64,000 nt of DNA from Acanthaster planci (Eukaryota), in contig NW_019091358.1 of assembly GCF_001949145.1 (NCBI RefSeq), positions 1,240,961 through 1,304,960 on the forward strand, in the 5' to 3' direction. The translations under genes were made by a program, and so were the position numbers. Under the pieces are notes generated by a model. It was not told the DNA's origin. It did not search any database and worked only from the letters and a program-made list of their open reading frames with translations. Of this stretch, positions 61,953 to 64,000 are shown one piece after another (the stretch's first letter is position 1; the number at the start of each line of letters is the position of its first letter).

Positions 61953-64000
61953 ACAAATAAAACAAGCCCATCGCCTGGGCTAGAGGGAACTCCAGTCAAC
62001 GTGTGGCGTATCTCATCCACTAGGGGCCCGTTTGTTTCTCTTGGATCCGAATCATTATCCGTGATCTGTCGTTGGTTCACTGGCACCAGAACCCGACTAA
62101 TGATAGTGCGAAACAGCCCTGGGCTCACTGATCACGATCCAGACAGGCCCCCCATGTGGAGACGTGCTCAAACCCGTCTTTTGGGGAACAAATCATCATG
62201 TATCGATATCAAACAGTAATCAGTCCGCCCGCTGTCCAGGGACGTATTTGTTTTCCCAAACGAGATCCAGCATCTTCAGAAGAGGGCGCCCTCTGTGCTG
62301 TGCACTATTTATTTTGTCCAAGACTTAATTGTAAAGAGTGATTACGTAAATAAGGTATAAGGGTGCTTGGCAGGAGATGAGTGGATTGGTCGGGAGAAGT
62401 CCTGACTTGAAGTTCTCCTTCTAAGGTTCGAATCCGCTTTGTTGTGTTTACAATTCTTTTTTAAAGACTAATAACAAGTAAGGAAGGAACATTCTCAAGC
62501 CGCTAAAAGCCTAAGTTTGGTTGGTGTGGTTAAGAACAACGCAGAGCCGTGTTTAGAAAGAGTTGCGATTTAAGAGTCACCATTGTTGGGAAACAGACCT
62601 GCAGGTGTATCACACGCAAACAATTGGAATAAAACAATAGGATTATGTTTAACAACAAAGTGAACAGCCATTTTGTTTCCAAAATCTGTCGGTCGATTGG
62701 TTGGTCGGTTAGTCGGTCGGTCGGTTAGTCAATCAGTCGACAGAACTAGGTTCCTAGCTCTGTGGTCAATCAGAAGCGCCATTCATTTGAAGTTGTTCAG
62801 AAATTCACCTTAGGACAACTTTTTTTGGACAAACTTTAATAATTATAATAACAGTATTTCAAGAATTAGGTGTTTGCTAATTTCTTTGGTGTCTGAAATC
62901 CAGCTGTTTTTCCGTTTGAATACTGTAGTATTCGTCTTAGTACTTCGCTGTGCAAGAAAAGTATTTCAGTATCTCATTTTGGTTATTCTCAATGAGACGC
63001 GCACGTTTTTAAAATGTTGCAATGTTCCATACTCGTTAAGTGTGGCGCTGTTGTTAGTGTGACATTATAGGAAAGACACTGTTCAAATTGTGAACGAAAA
63101 GTATGCTCACTGAAATATTTCTGAGAGAACTTTTCTCACTGGACTGCTTTGAAGGAACAGCACATCACTAAATGACAACAAAATTACCATTTTTCTGACA
63201 ATTTTTAGTGCAGCCTTTACATGTAGTTTTCTGCCTAAGATAACATCGAACTTTTGTTCGTATACTTGCAAGCTCTTACTAGCATAAAAAATGAAAACCA
63301 AAATGCCCACAAAATAGAACAAGAATGACATCGAGTTAAATGAAATACAAAGGGAGTATCTGCTGAAACTGAATTTCAAAATTAAATTCCCTGAGCCCTT
63401 TACTCCAAGGACAATAGTTCCACTGCAGAGCGCAATGAATCAAAGTGCAGATCTGATAATATAACATCACCTTGACACGAGTGACTATACCTTCTTAACT
63501 GAGTGCACTGCAGGCTATTCAACATTCAGTGGCACTGTAGTAACATTTTGCCTGAGCCTTGGATTTATGTCAGAGAACTTGCCTTTGATTGCAGGCAGCC
63601 GAAAGGGAAGCTTGCCCTAAGGAATATGAAAAGCAAAAACGAGGACCAGTCTCAGTTCTCACTGCTCTAAGAACGAGGTATGATTTGTATACCTGTTCGG
63701 TGACGTATGCATCATTGTCATTGGAAAGAGGCCACGCCACTTGTTTACTGATACAAAAGATTATTGTAATATCAAACTGTGTCCTGTAAGTCTTCATGAA
63801 AAGCTGACATGCAGGCATGCCTGTATGCAGGGCTCTGGTGGAGTGGATGTTGCAAAGAATACATTAATACGCTTGTATGCCTAATGTAGTGTAACATCAC
63901 TTTTTTTTTACATTGCTGACATTCAAATAGTATTTCATATAAATGTGTTTATTTTGTCGAGTGTCAAATCCCCCTTTGTTGTCTGAATCATTGTGCCTGT

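Noticed and set aside
61896..62341. GC-richer segment with short ORFs and CTCF-like motifs
   Set aside because: No protein similarity recognised, and the motif matches are too weak to call.
62375..62440. B-box-like GGTTCGAATCC suggesting a tRNA
   Set aside because: No cloverleaf can be formed; at most a decayed SINE head.

Overview
Eukaryotic genomic DNA with GT-AG introns, four N-gaps and many small transposons. It is probably a marine invertebrate deuterostome such as an echinoderm, but that is inferred from gene content only. Four protein-coding genes can be built by hand. (1, 2) Two tandem minus-strand paralogues of sphingosine-1-phosphate phosphatase (SGPP, PAP2 family) at 5803-9930 and 16744-26299, each with three exons and intact catalytic motifs. 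(3) A single-coding-exon secreted EPN-type C-type lectin on + at 30703-31221. (4) A ~22-kb minus-strand gene (56492 to ~34433). Its exons join with compatible splice phases into an HHIP-like ectodomain (Cys-rich domain plus GSDH-type beta-propeller), a Thr/Ser-rich mucin stalk of ~17-aa repeats, a SEA domain, a transmembrane helix and a short tail. This membrane-tethered HHIPL-mucin-SEA architecture is the most striking item, and one propeller exon probably lies in an assembly gap. Non-coding highlights: a fold-back carrying degenerate Penelope-type hammerhead cores, four nested inverted repeats, an IS3EU-like element with a 6-bp TSD, a 3.3-kb TIR-bounded element with exon-like segments, a ~145-bp tandem array and a decayed CR1/L2-type LINE.
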